From the NCBI GenBank assembly GCA_044226775.1, contig JBGAGI010000007.1, forward strand, positions 275,879 to 339,878: DNA of 64,000 nt, written 5' to 3'. The notes under the pieces are model-generated. The model made no database searches, was not told the origin of the DNA, and saw only the letters and a list, made by a program, of their open reading frames with translations. This DNA is from Rubrivivax sp. Its GTDB lineage: Bacteria; Pseudomonadota; Gammaproteobacteria; Burkholderiales; Burkholderiaceae_C. The number at the start of each line of letters is the position of its first letter. Position 1 is the first letter of the stretch. The position numbers were made by a program, and so were the translations under genes. This document shows positions 8,670 to 16,419 of the stretch, piece by piece.

Positions 8670-10580
8670 ATGCAGTTCTACAAGAACGGCTTTCGAGGCG
8701 GAAACCCCGATGTCAAGGCGCCCGCGCCGAACCGCCGCAACCGCGGCCCGAACGAACCGCTGCCGGAGAAGGTGGACGTGCTGATCGCCGGCACCGGCCC
8801 GGCCGGCCTTTGCCTGGCGGCGCAGCTGGCGCAGTTCCCCGGCATCGAGACGATGATCGTCGAGCGCATGCCCAGCAACATCGTCAAGGGCAAGGCCGAC
8901 GGCATCAACACGCGCACGATGGAGATGTTCCAGGCCTTCGGTTTTGCCGACAAGGTCAAGCGCGAGACCTACTGGGTGAACCAGACCAACTTCTGGATGC
9001 CCGACCCGGCCCGCCCCGAGCACATCCGGCGCGTGGGCCGGGTGCAGGACGTGGCCGACGACAGCTCCGAGATGCCGCACATCCTGATCAACCAGGCACG
9101 GCTGCACGAGCTGTTCCTCGAGGTGATGAAGAACTCGCCTTCGCGGCTGGAGCCCGACTACAGCTGGGAGATCGTCGGCCTGAGCGTCGACCCGACGACC
9201 GACGATCACCCGGTGACCGTGACGCTGAAGGACGCCAGCGGCGTGAACTGGTGGGCCACGCGCACGGTGCGTGCGAACTACGTGGTGGGCTGCGACGGCG
9301 CGCACTCCGCGGTGCGCAAGGCCATCGGCGGCGTGCTGCACGGCGACGCCGCCAACCAGGCCTGGGGCGTGATGGACATCCTGGCCAACACCGACTTCCC
9401 CGACGTGCGGCAGAAGTGCCTGATCTCCTCGGCCAGCGAAGGCAACGTGCTGATCCTGCCGCGCGAGGGTGGCTACGTGTTCCGCATGTACGTGGAACTC
9501 GACAAGCTCAGGCCCGACGAGAAGGCGGCCAGCCGCAAGTTCACCCAGGACGACATGATCGCCGCGGCCAACCGCATCATCCGGCCCTACTCGATCGACG
9601 TGAAGGAGGTCGTCTGGTGGTCGATCTACGACATCGGCCACAGCATCACCGACAAGTTCGACGACGTGCCCGAGGGCTCGAGCCGCAACCCGCGCGTGTT
9701 CACCGCCGGTGACGCCTGCCACACCCACTCGCCGAAGGCGGGCCAGGGCATGAACGTCTCGATGCAGGACACCTTCAACCTGGGCTGGAAGCTGGTGCAC
9801 GTGCTGCAGGGCCGGGCCGATGCGAGCCTGCTGCGCAGCTACTCACGCGAGCGCCTGACCGAGGCCCGCCGGCTGGTCGAGACCGACCACGAGTGGGCGC
9901 GAATCATGTCGGCGCCCACCACCCAGGCGGAGCGCGACGGCACGGAAGAGCCGCGCATCATCCGCCAGTTCAAGGCGAACCTGGAGTTCACCGGCGGCGT
10001 CGCCGTCAGGTACGACGCGTCGGCCCTCTTCGCCGCGTCGCCGCACCAGGCCCTGGCCCGCGGCCTGGAGATCGGCCGCCGCTTTCACTCTGCGCCCGTG
10101 GTGCGCGTGTCGGACGCCAAGCAGATGCAGCTGGGCCACGTGGCCGAGGCCGACGCGCGCTGGCGCCTCTATGCCTTCGCCGGCAGGTCCGACGGTTCGA
10201 ACCCGGGTTCCGCCATCCACCGGCTGGCGGACTGGCTGGAGCGGGACCCGGCGTCACCGGTGGTCCGTCACCGGCGGGAAGGCGAGGACGTCGACGCGGT
10301 GATCGACTTCCGCGCCGTCTTCCAGCAGACCTTCGACCAGCTCGCCTACGAGAAGATGCCGTCGCTGCTGAAGCCGCAGACCGGGGCGCTGGGCCTGCAG
10401 GACCACGAGAAGGTCTTCTGCGTCGACCACAAGGGCGTGGGCGACATCTTCGAGATGCGCGGCATCGACCGCGAGCGCGGATGCATGGTCGTCGTGCGGC
10501 CCGACCAGTACGTCGCGCATGTGCTGCCGCTGGACGCACGCGAGGACCTGAGCGCGTTCTTCGCCGGCATCCTGCGCTGA
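8670..10580 (+). CDS. FAD-dependent aromatic hydroxylase, 3-hydroxybenzoate 4-hydroxylase (MobA)/phenol 2-monooxygenase family, 636 aa
   Basis: AAGGAG RBS. MQFYKNGFRGGNP start, GTGPAG FAD motif, KADG, VVGCDGAHS, GDACHTHSPKAGQGMN, C-terminal thioredoxin-like domain ending VVVRPDQYVA. Confidence 0.88.
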   Translation: MQFYKNGFRGGNPDVKAPAPNRRNRGPNEPLPEKVDVLIAGTGPAGLCLAAQLAQFPGIETMIVERMPSNIVKGKADGINTRTMEMFQAFGFADKVKRETYWVNQTNFWMPDPARPEHIRRVGRVQDVADDSSEMPHILINQARLHELFLEVMKNSPSRLEPDYSWEIVGLSVDPTTDDHPVTVTLKDASGVNWWATRTVRANYVVGCDGAHSAVRKAIGGVLHGDAANQAWGVMDILANTDFPDVRQKCLISSASEGNVLILPREGGYVFRMYVELDKLRPDEKAASRKFTQDDMIAAANRIIRPYSIDVKEVVWWSIYDIGHSITDKFDDVPEGSSRNPRVFTAGDACHTHSPKAGQGMNVSMQDTFNLGWKLVHVLQGRADASLLRSYSRERLTEARRLVETDHEWARIMSAPTTQAERDGTEEPRIIRQFKANLEFTGGVAVRYDASALFAASPHQALARGLEIGRRFHSAPVVRVSDAKQMQLGHVAEADARWRLYAFAGRSDGSNPGSAIHRLADWLERDPASPVVRHRREGEDVDAVIDFRAVFQQTFDQLAYEKMPSLLKPQTGALGLQDHEKVFCVDHKGVGDIFEMRGIDRERGCMVVVRPDQYVAHVLPLDAREDLSAFFAGILR

Positions 10581-10606
10581 GCCCGCGGGGGCAGGCCGCG
10601 CGCCCG

Positions 10607-11414
10607 TCAGTCGGCGCGATTGCCCCAGGTCCCCAGGTTCGCCGCCTTCAGCAGCGGCGACGCGTGGCCCGCCAGCGCCATCTCTGCCGCGGTGCCCAGC
10701 AGCTCCGGGCCGAAGGCCAGCATGCGTGATTCGGTCAGACGCATCGAGGGCCCGGCGATGACCACCACGCCCGTGGCCTGTTCGCCCTTGCGCTGAACGG
10801 GTGCGGCCATCGAACTCATGCCGCGCGCATAGACGTCGCGCGCCATGCTGAAGCCGCGCTTCCGGTGCTCCTGCAGCATCTTCAGCAAGGCCTTGATCGT
10901 CGTCGGCGCGTTCGGGCCGAAATGCGCAGGGTCGCCGAAGCCCTGCCGGGTGACGGCCTGGATCGCCTTCTCCTCGGGCAGCGTCATCAGCCAGGCGTGG
11001 CCGGCGGCACTGCAGGACAAGGTCAGCTCGATGCCCAGTCAGGGTCGTACAGCAGGCCCGACTTCGCCCCCTGCGTCTTGGCCACGAGCGTGAAGCGCTC
11101 GCCGTCGACGATCGCCAGGCGCACCAGCTCCTCCGTCGTGCGCGCGAGGCGGTCGATCATCGGCTGCGTGATGTCGACGACGCCGCACTTGCTGAGGAAG
11201 CTCAGGCCCATCGACGCGAGCTTGGTGGTGAGCGCGCAGTCGCCGCGCTGCGGCATCTGGCGCACGTAGCCGTAGCGGATGAGCTCGTGCAGCGTGTGGT
11301 GGCAGCCGCTGCGCAGCTGGTTGAGCTCGCCCGCGATGACCGACAGCGCCACGCCCTCGGGATGAGCCGCGAGGTACTCCAGGATCGAGAGGGATTTCTC
11401 CAGCGCACCGCTCA
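10607..11414 (-). pseudogene. IclR-family regulator, frameshifted and lacking its ATG
   Basis: HTH half (SGALEKSLSILE...GYVRQ...YDPD) and effector half (LTLSCSAAGHAWL...SSMAAPV...VVIAGP) are in different frames. Restoring one A between 11038 and 11037 gives YDPD-M-GIELTLSCSAAG. The expected ATG-AGC-GGT start reads CTG-AGC-GGT. Confidence 0.75.
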
Positions 11415-11867
11415 GGCGAAGCAGCACACAGCGTTCATTTCGAGGACGATGTCCGCAAAAGCACCGACCCGCGCCCCACCGGCAAGGTGGTGGTCACGCT
11501 CGCCGCCCAGGACCAGCCCGGCGCGCTGGCCTTCGTGCCCAGCGTGCTGAACATGCGGCCGGCCAACGGCATCTTCACCAGCGTTCAGGGCCTCGTCACC
11601 GCGAGCTTCAGGCTGCCCGCGGGCCATGTGCTGGACGGCAGCGCCAGCGTGCAGCTGAAGACGCCGCTCACGCAGCAGCTCTTCGGCGCGGTCTCGGCCA
11701 CGAACTCGCCCGACGGCCGCACGCTGCTGATCACCTTCGACAAGGGGTTGATCGACAACAACGTGCCCGCCGGCGACGCGGTACCGCTGACGGTGTCGGC
11801 CAACTTCATCAGCGGCGGCGTGCAGAAGAAGCTGTCCGCGACGGACAACGTGCGCGTCGTGAAGTGA
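11415..11867 (+). pseudogene. Probable 3' remnant of a larger gene (beta-rich, Ig-like C-terminal domain)
   Basis: The frame of ORF 11487..11867 stays open upstream to the IclR junction (GEAAHSVHFEDDVRKSTDPRPTGKVVVT...) with host-like codons; no RBS before the GTG at 11487 and no signal peptide. Confidence 0.5.
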
Positions 11868-11898
11868 TGCGGCCCCTCAACTGCGGAGCAAGCAAGCC

Positions 11899-12582
11899 AT
11901 GAAACATGTCCTGATCGCGTGGCTCGCCGCGCTGGCCCTGTGCAGCGGCGCGCACGCCGGCCCGCTGACGCTCTTCAATGTGCAGGCCGAGGCCACGGCG
12001 GTGGCCCTCACCTCGGATGGAGCGGCCGGCTTCGCCAGCCAGTCGGGGCCGCTGGGTACCGGCCGCTTCACGCAGTCGGCCGACTCGGTGGGCCTCGGCG
12101 ACGTGGCGACGGCCGGCGCCGTGGTGGGCCTCGGGCTGCTGAGCACCTCGGCCGGCGCCTCGGCCAGCGGCTTCGGCAGCGCGGTGTCGACGGCCCGCCT
12201 GGTCGGCTCGTTCGTCAACGCGGGTGTGGTGAGCCTGGACATCGACTTCGGCACGAGCAGCTTCAGCGACGGCTCGGGCGGCGCGTCGACGACGCTGTTC
12301 GTGCGGCTGGTCAGTGACGGCATCACGCTGTTCTCGGACTACGTCACCGATGCCTGGCACATCGACCACACGCCACTCTTCGGCAGCACCAGCGTGCTGG
12401 ACCTGACGCTGAGCAGTGAGGCCAGCGCGGCCTTCCTGTCCGCCGGCGCGGGCAACGCGAGCAGCTTCGGCCTGGCCACGATCACCAGCAGCGTGCCCGA
12501 AAGCCCGACCTGGCTCTTGTGCGCGCTGGGCCTGGCCCTGCTGTCGGCCTCACGATCGAAGCGCCAGCGCGCGTCTTCGTGA
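11899..12582 (+). CDS. PEP-CTERM-type surface protein, 227 aa
   Basis: Signal peptide ending AHA, Ser/Gly/Ala-rich body, C-terminal VPESPT + hydrophobic helix + basic tail (RSKRQR). Confidence 0.8.
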   Translation: MKHVLIAWLAALALCSGAHAGPLTLFNVQAEATAVALTSDGAAGFASQSGPLGTGRFTQSADSVGLGDVATAGAVVGLGLLSTSAGASASGFGSAVSTARLVGSFVNAGVVSLDIDFGTSSFSDGSGGASTTLFVRLVSDGITLFSDYVTDAWHIDHTPLFGSTSVLDLTLSSEASAAFLSAGAGNASSFGLATITSSVPESPTWLLCALGLALLSASRSKRQRASS

Positions 12583-12771
12583 ACCAGGGCGTGGCGGCAA
12601 AGAAGCCATGCCCGCGCATCGAGCCGTGGAGATGGCAGCCCGGACCGATGGGCCCGGCTGCCTGAACGGCGACTTCCGCGCCTTGCGGCCCGGGCTTTTG
12701 CACCGCATCGCGCCAGCGTGGCGCCGAGCCGGAACGCGAAGCCCGCACCCCGGCCACGGAGCGCATCGTCG

Positions 12772-13614
12772 CTAGCGCCGCGCGACGCGTGCCATCCCGT
12801 CCAGCGTGAACGTGAAGCTGCTCCGGTCCAGCGGCTTGTGGCAGGCCAGGCAGTCGGCCTGGTGCACGCCGGCCCGGGCTTCCCGCGCGGGCGTGTAGAC
12901 GGCGTAGTTCCAGTCCTCGTTGCGCAGCATGTCCGGGATCGCGGCCCCCCAGCCGGCACCGCGCTCCATCACCGCGTAGGCGACGAGCTTGTCGCGTTCG
13001 TAGAAGCCGTCGGCACCGGCCACCGGCTTCCTGTCGGCGTCCAGCCTGGCGGCGTGCTGCTCCATCACCAGCACGCTGCCGTCCGGCAGCGGGCGGCCGT
13101 CGCGCGCGGCCTGCAGCGCCACGGCGTTGGCGTACAGGTGGCGCACCTGGCCGAGGTCGGGCCGGTTGACGGCCTGGTACATCGTGAAGCCCGCCGGGTA
13201 GCCCGCCGGCAGCGCCGCCTGGCTGCGCGCCAGCGCGGGCAGGAAGGCGGACTTCGCCGACGCACCTGCCGGCGCCAGACTTGCAAAGTACGCTGACAGA
13301 TTGACGATGTCGTCCGGGCCGAGCTGCGCGGCCATCGCGTTCATCGATGGGGCCTTGCGCGTGCCTGCCTTCAGCGCCCGCAGCTGGCCCTCCAGGTAGG
13401 CGGCGCGCTGGCCGGCGAGGTTGGGGATGTTGTCGGCCACGCTCTGCCCGTTGGCGCCATGGCAGGCGGCGCAGACGCTGGTCGCGCGCGCCCGACCCGC
13501 CTCCAGGTCGGCGGCATCGGCCGCGATCGCTGACCAGGCCAGGGCTGCCGCCACCAGGGCCGGGCGGGCACCGAGTGCGGCCCAAGAACAGGCGCGAGTG
13601 CTTGACGGGTTCAT
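12772..13614 (-). CDS. Di-heme fusion: class I cytochrome c553-like domain + cytochrome P460/c'-beta-family domain, 280 aa
   Basis: AAGGAG RBS and signal peptide. CAACH...PNLAGQ...SMNAMA (His/Met c553-like), then PLPDGSVLVMEQH, EDWNYAVY and C-terminal CLACH (P460 superfamily pattern). Confidence 0.8.
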   Translation of the reverse strand: MNPSSTRACSWAALGARPALVAAALAWSAIAADAADLEAGRARATSVCAACHGANGQSVADNIPNLAGQRAAYLEGQLRALKAGTRKAPSMNAMAAQLGPDDIVNLSAYFASLAPAGASAKSAFLPALARSQAALPAGYPAGFTMYQAVNRPDLGQVRHLYANAVALQAARDGRPLPDGSVLVMEQHAARLDADRKPVAGADGFYERDKLVAYAVMERGAGWGAAIPDMLRNEDWNYAVYTPAREARAGVHQADCLACHKPLDRSSFTFTLDGMARVARR

Positions 13615-13644
13615 CGAAGCTCCTTGTGGATCGATGGAGCCCGA

Positions 13645-13670
13645 TACGCAGCGCGGCGCCGGCCGGATGC
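13645..13670 (-). promoter_or_regulatory. ECF-type promoter GCATCC-N16-CGTA upstream of the cytochrome gene
   Basis: Minus-strand GCATCC (13670-13665) and CGTA (13648-13645), exactly 16 nt apart. Confidence 0.75.
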
Positions 13671-13683
13671 GCCGCCGCGCAGC

Positions 13684-14193
13684 TCAGCGAATCGACGCGC
13701 CTTGGGCCAGATGACGCTGCAGCCCCGCTTCGCCGGCGCGCATCACGCCATCGTGATTCCATCGGAACACCGGGGCGAGCAGCGGCGCCAGCCAGCGCAT
13801 CCAGCGCTTGACCAGCCGCACGCGCCACACGTAGGTCACGTCGGTGAACCCGTCCTCGGCTCGCAGCAGCCACAGCCCCTCGCCGTCGAGCTGCCCGCGC
13901 GAGCGACCACGCAGGCGCTGATGCCGTATCGACTCGACGGCCTCGACCTCGATCACGATCCGGTACGGCAGCCGCGTGGACCAGTCGATGCGGCGCACGC
14001 TGCCGAGGCCGTCGGTGCCGCCCTCGCGCAGTGTCTGCACCTGCTGCACGCAGGGCCACCAGGCGGGCCAGCCGGCGGGGTCGGCCAGCGCGGCCCAGAC
14101 CTCGTCCACCGGGGCCCGCAGGCGCCAATGGCTCACGAGGTCGAAGTGACCGGAAGACGGGGCGCTCGGGAGCCTGGCGGCGCTGCGGGGCAT
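13684..14193 (-). CDS. SRPBCC/START-like protein, 169 aa
   Basis: APVDEVWAALADPAGWPAWWP and WNHDGVMRAGEAGL patterns typical of SRPBCC/polyketide cyclase-like proteins. Confidence 0.8.
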   Translation of the reverse strand: MPRSAARLPSAPSSGHFDLVSHWRLRAPVDEVWAALADPAGWPAWWPCVQQVQTLREGGTDGLGSVRRIDWSTRLPYRIVIEVEAVESIRHQRLRGRSRGQLDGEGLWLLRAEDGFTDVTYVWRVRLVKRWMRWLAPLLAPVFRWNHDGVMRAGEAGLQRHLAQGASIR

Positions 14194-14224
14194 GGCATGG
14201 GTTGGAAGGCCTTGTGCCCCTGAC

Positions 14225-14250
14225 TACGCGCCGGGCGGCACCTCGGATGC
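14225..14250 (-). promoter_or_regulatory. ECF-type promoter GCATCC-N16-CGTA upstream of the SRPBCC gene
   Basis: Minus-strand GCATCC (14250-14245) and CGTA (14228-14225), 16-nt spacer. Confidence 0.75.
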
Positions 14251-14279
14251 CGGCCTGCCGGTGCCGGCGCGGCGGCCCT

Positions 14280-14305
14280 GCATCCGGATCGCGGCCTCAT
14301 GCGTA
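14280..14305 (+). promoter_or_regulatory. ECF-type promoter GCATCC-N16-CGTA upstream of the cupin-sigma-cupin operon (autoregulatory candidate)
   Basis: GCATCC 14280-14285 and CGTA 14302-14305, 16-nt spacer; ATG at 14314 implies a near-leaderless transcript. Confidence 0.75.
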
Positions 14306-14313
14306 ATGCCAGC

Positions 14314-14718
14314 ATGGATCCCACCGACGACCCCGGCCGCGTGCACTCGATCCGCCGGCGCCTGATGGAGCGCGTGGCCGACGCCGACGACACGCACGTG
14401 ACGATCGCGGGCGACGAAGGCGAATGGCGGCCGTTCGTGGACGGCGTGCGGATCAAGGTGCTTCGCGAGCAGGCCGGCGTGTTGTCGTACCTGCTTCGCC
14501 TGGAACCGGGTGCCCGACTGCCGCCGCACCGCCATCCGCATGACGAGGAGTGCGTCGTCATCGAGGGCAGCCTGCGGGTCGGCACGGGCCAGGCATTCGG
14601 CCCCGGCAGCTACCACCTGGCGCACGGCGGTGCGCTGCACGCGACGGTCTGCACCGAGACCGGCGCCACGATCTTCCTGCGCGGCGCGGTGCCGCAGGCC
14701 GGGCAGGTCCTGGCATGA
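14314..14718 (+). CDS. ChrR-like cupin protein, 134 aa
   Basis: PPHRHPHDEECVVIEG...H cupin metal motif; W..F..G...KVL pattern. Start at 14314 chosen because 14299 lies inside the promoter. Confidence 0.8.
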   Translation: MDPTDDPGRVHSIRRRLMERVADADDTHVTIAGDEGEWRPFVDGVRIKVLREQAGVLSYLLRLEPGARLPPHRHPHDEECVVIEGSLRVGTGQAFGPGSYHLAHGGALHATVCTETGATIFLRGAVPQAGQVLA

Positions 14719-15500
14719 AGGTCCCCCAAGCGCACGAACGAACGCCGCATCGAGAGAGTTGCCGCATGAACGCTGCCCTGACATCCCCTGACGACGACCC
14801 GCACGCGCAGCCGCTGCCCGAAGCCGACGACGGTCCCGGCGCGACCGGCTGGCCCGCGGTGGCTGAGGACGCCGGCGACGAGGACGACGCGGCCGCCGGC
14901 CCCGCGTTGCGCGCCACGGCAGCGGCCGCGACCGAGGCGCAGATCGCGGCGTGGATCGAAGCGATCGTCGAGCGCGACGAGCGGGCGCTGGCGGCACTGT
15001 ACGACGCGACCTTCTCGCGCGTGTTCGGCCTCGTGCGGCGCATCGTGCGCAGCAGCGCGCTGGCGGAGGAGGTGGTCGAGGACGCCTACTTCCAGGTCTG
15101 GCGGCAGGCGGCGCGCTTCGATCCGGCGCGTGGACGGGCGCTGACCTGGCTGCTGGGCATGGCCCGATCGCGCGCCATCGACACGCTGCGAAGGGAAGCA
15201 CGCTTCGCCCACGAGGCGCTGGACGACGAAGGCCACCCGGAACCCACCTGCGCGCAGCCCGAGCAGGACGAGCTGCTGGACCTGGCACGCCAGCGGGCCG
15301 ACCTGCACCAGGCCCTGATGCTGCTGGGCGCGCAGCCGCGGCAGCTGGTCTCGATGTCGTTCCTGCGCGGGCTCAGCCACGAGGAGATCGCCGAGCAGAT
15401 GGGCCTGCCGCTGGGCACGGTGAAGTCGCAGATCCGGCGCGCGCTGCTGGCGCTGCGCGAGGCGCTGGCCGACCCTGCCGCACGGCTGCTCGCCTCGTGA
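14715..15500 (+). CDS. ECF RNA polymerase sigma factor (alternative start 14766)
   Basis: Region 2 DERALAALYD...AEEVVEDAYFQVW...RFDPARG..LTW...ARSRAID; region 4 GLSHEEIAEQMGLPLGTVKSQIRR. ATG 14715 overlaps the cupin stop (ATGA). Confidence 0.93.
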   Translation: MKVPQAHERTPHRESCRMNAALTSPDDDPHAQPLPEADDGPGATGWPAVAEDAGDEDDAAAGPALRATAAAATEAQIAAWIEAIVERDERALAALYDATFSRVFGLVRRIVRSSALAEEVVEDAYFQVWRQAARFDPARGRALTWLLGMARSRAIDTLRREARFAHEALDDEGHPEPTCAQPEQDELLDLARQRADLHQALMLLGAQPRQLVSMSFLRGLSHEEIAEQMGLPLGTVKSQIRRALLALREALADPAARLLAS

Positions 15501-16399
15501 AGGCCAGCGCTCCCGCACCGCATCCACCGAATCAGGACCCTACTGCCATGGCCCCCAGCCGCCTGCCGCTTCGCTTCGAACCCGCACCCGACCCGGTGGA
15601 TCCGGACCTGGAGCCGCTGCTGGGCGAAGCCTTTGCCGCCGCCTGGTCGGCCGAACCCGGCGCACGGTGCTTCGACCCCGAGCCGCTGCGCCGGCGCCTG
15701 TTCGAGCGCCTGGCCGCCTCGAAGGCCGCGTCGGCCGGCATGGTCACGGCGCGCTGGCGGCACGCCGGCGGCGTGGAGGTCGCGGCAGGCGTGTCGGTGC
15801 GCACGCTGTACGAGGCGCCGTCGGGGCGGCCGCTGCGCCCGGGCGAGCCGCTGCGGGCCAGCCTCGTCGAACTGCAGCCCGGCGCCCGCTGGGCCGGCCC
15901 CGGTACGGATTACCACCGCGAGTGGCTGGTCCTGCGCGGCGCCGCCAGCGTGGGCGCCACGGCCCTGGCGCTGCGCGACTATCGCGTCACGCCTGCAGGC
16001 CTGGCGGCCGAAGCCGTGCACAGCGAGCCCGGCGCATGGCTGTTCCTGCGTGAATCGCTGCTGCCGAGCCAGGGCCCGGCCGAAGCCTTCACCGTGCACG
16101 ACGACGAAGCCGGCTGGCCGGACTTCGCGCCAGGCATCCGCCGCCGCGTGCTCTGGCAGCACGAGGGACAGGCCGCGCTGCTGTACTGCGCCGAGCCCGG
16201 CGCCTCGGTACCGCTGCACACGCATGGCCACGACGAGGAATGCCTGATGGTGCAGGGCGAACTGTTCCTCGACGACATCCTGCTGCAGCAAGGCGACTAC
16301 CAGCTGGCGCCGGCGGGCACGGGCCACCGGCTCACCGAGACCGACACCGGCGTGGTGATCTACGCGCACGGCGACCTCGACCTGAGGTTCGTCGGCTGA
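15497..16399 (+). CDS. ChrR-like anti-sigma candidate with a degenerate and an intact cupin domain (alternative start 15548)
   Basis: GTGA overlap with the sigma stop. Helix PEPLRRRLFERL; C-terminal cupin PLHTHGHDEECLMVQG...H; no HxxxCxxC zinc motif. Confidence 0.78.
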   Translation: MKASAPAPHPPNQDPTAMAPSRLPLRFEPAPDPVDPDLEPLLGEAFAAAWSAEPGARCFDPEPLRRRLFERLAASKAASAGMVTARWRHAGGVEVAAGVSVRTLYEAPSGRPLRPGEPLRASLVELQPGARWAGPGTDYHREWLVLRGAASVGATALALRDYRVTPAGLAAEAVHSEPGAWLFLRESLLPSQGPAEAFTVHDDEAGWPDFAPGIRRRVLWQHEGQAALLYCAEPGASVPLHTHGHDEECLMVQGELFLDDILLQQGDYQLAPAGTGHRLTETDTGVVIYAHGDLDLRFVG

Positions 16400-16419
16400 A
16401 GCCGCAGGGCGAGCCGGGC

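Noticed and set aside
12608-12775. Short plus-strand ORF between PEP-CTERM and the cytochrome gene
   Set aside because: No RBS-supported family features; the region is better explained as GC-rich hairpins (GGCAGCC...GGCTGCC) between convergent genes.
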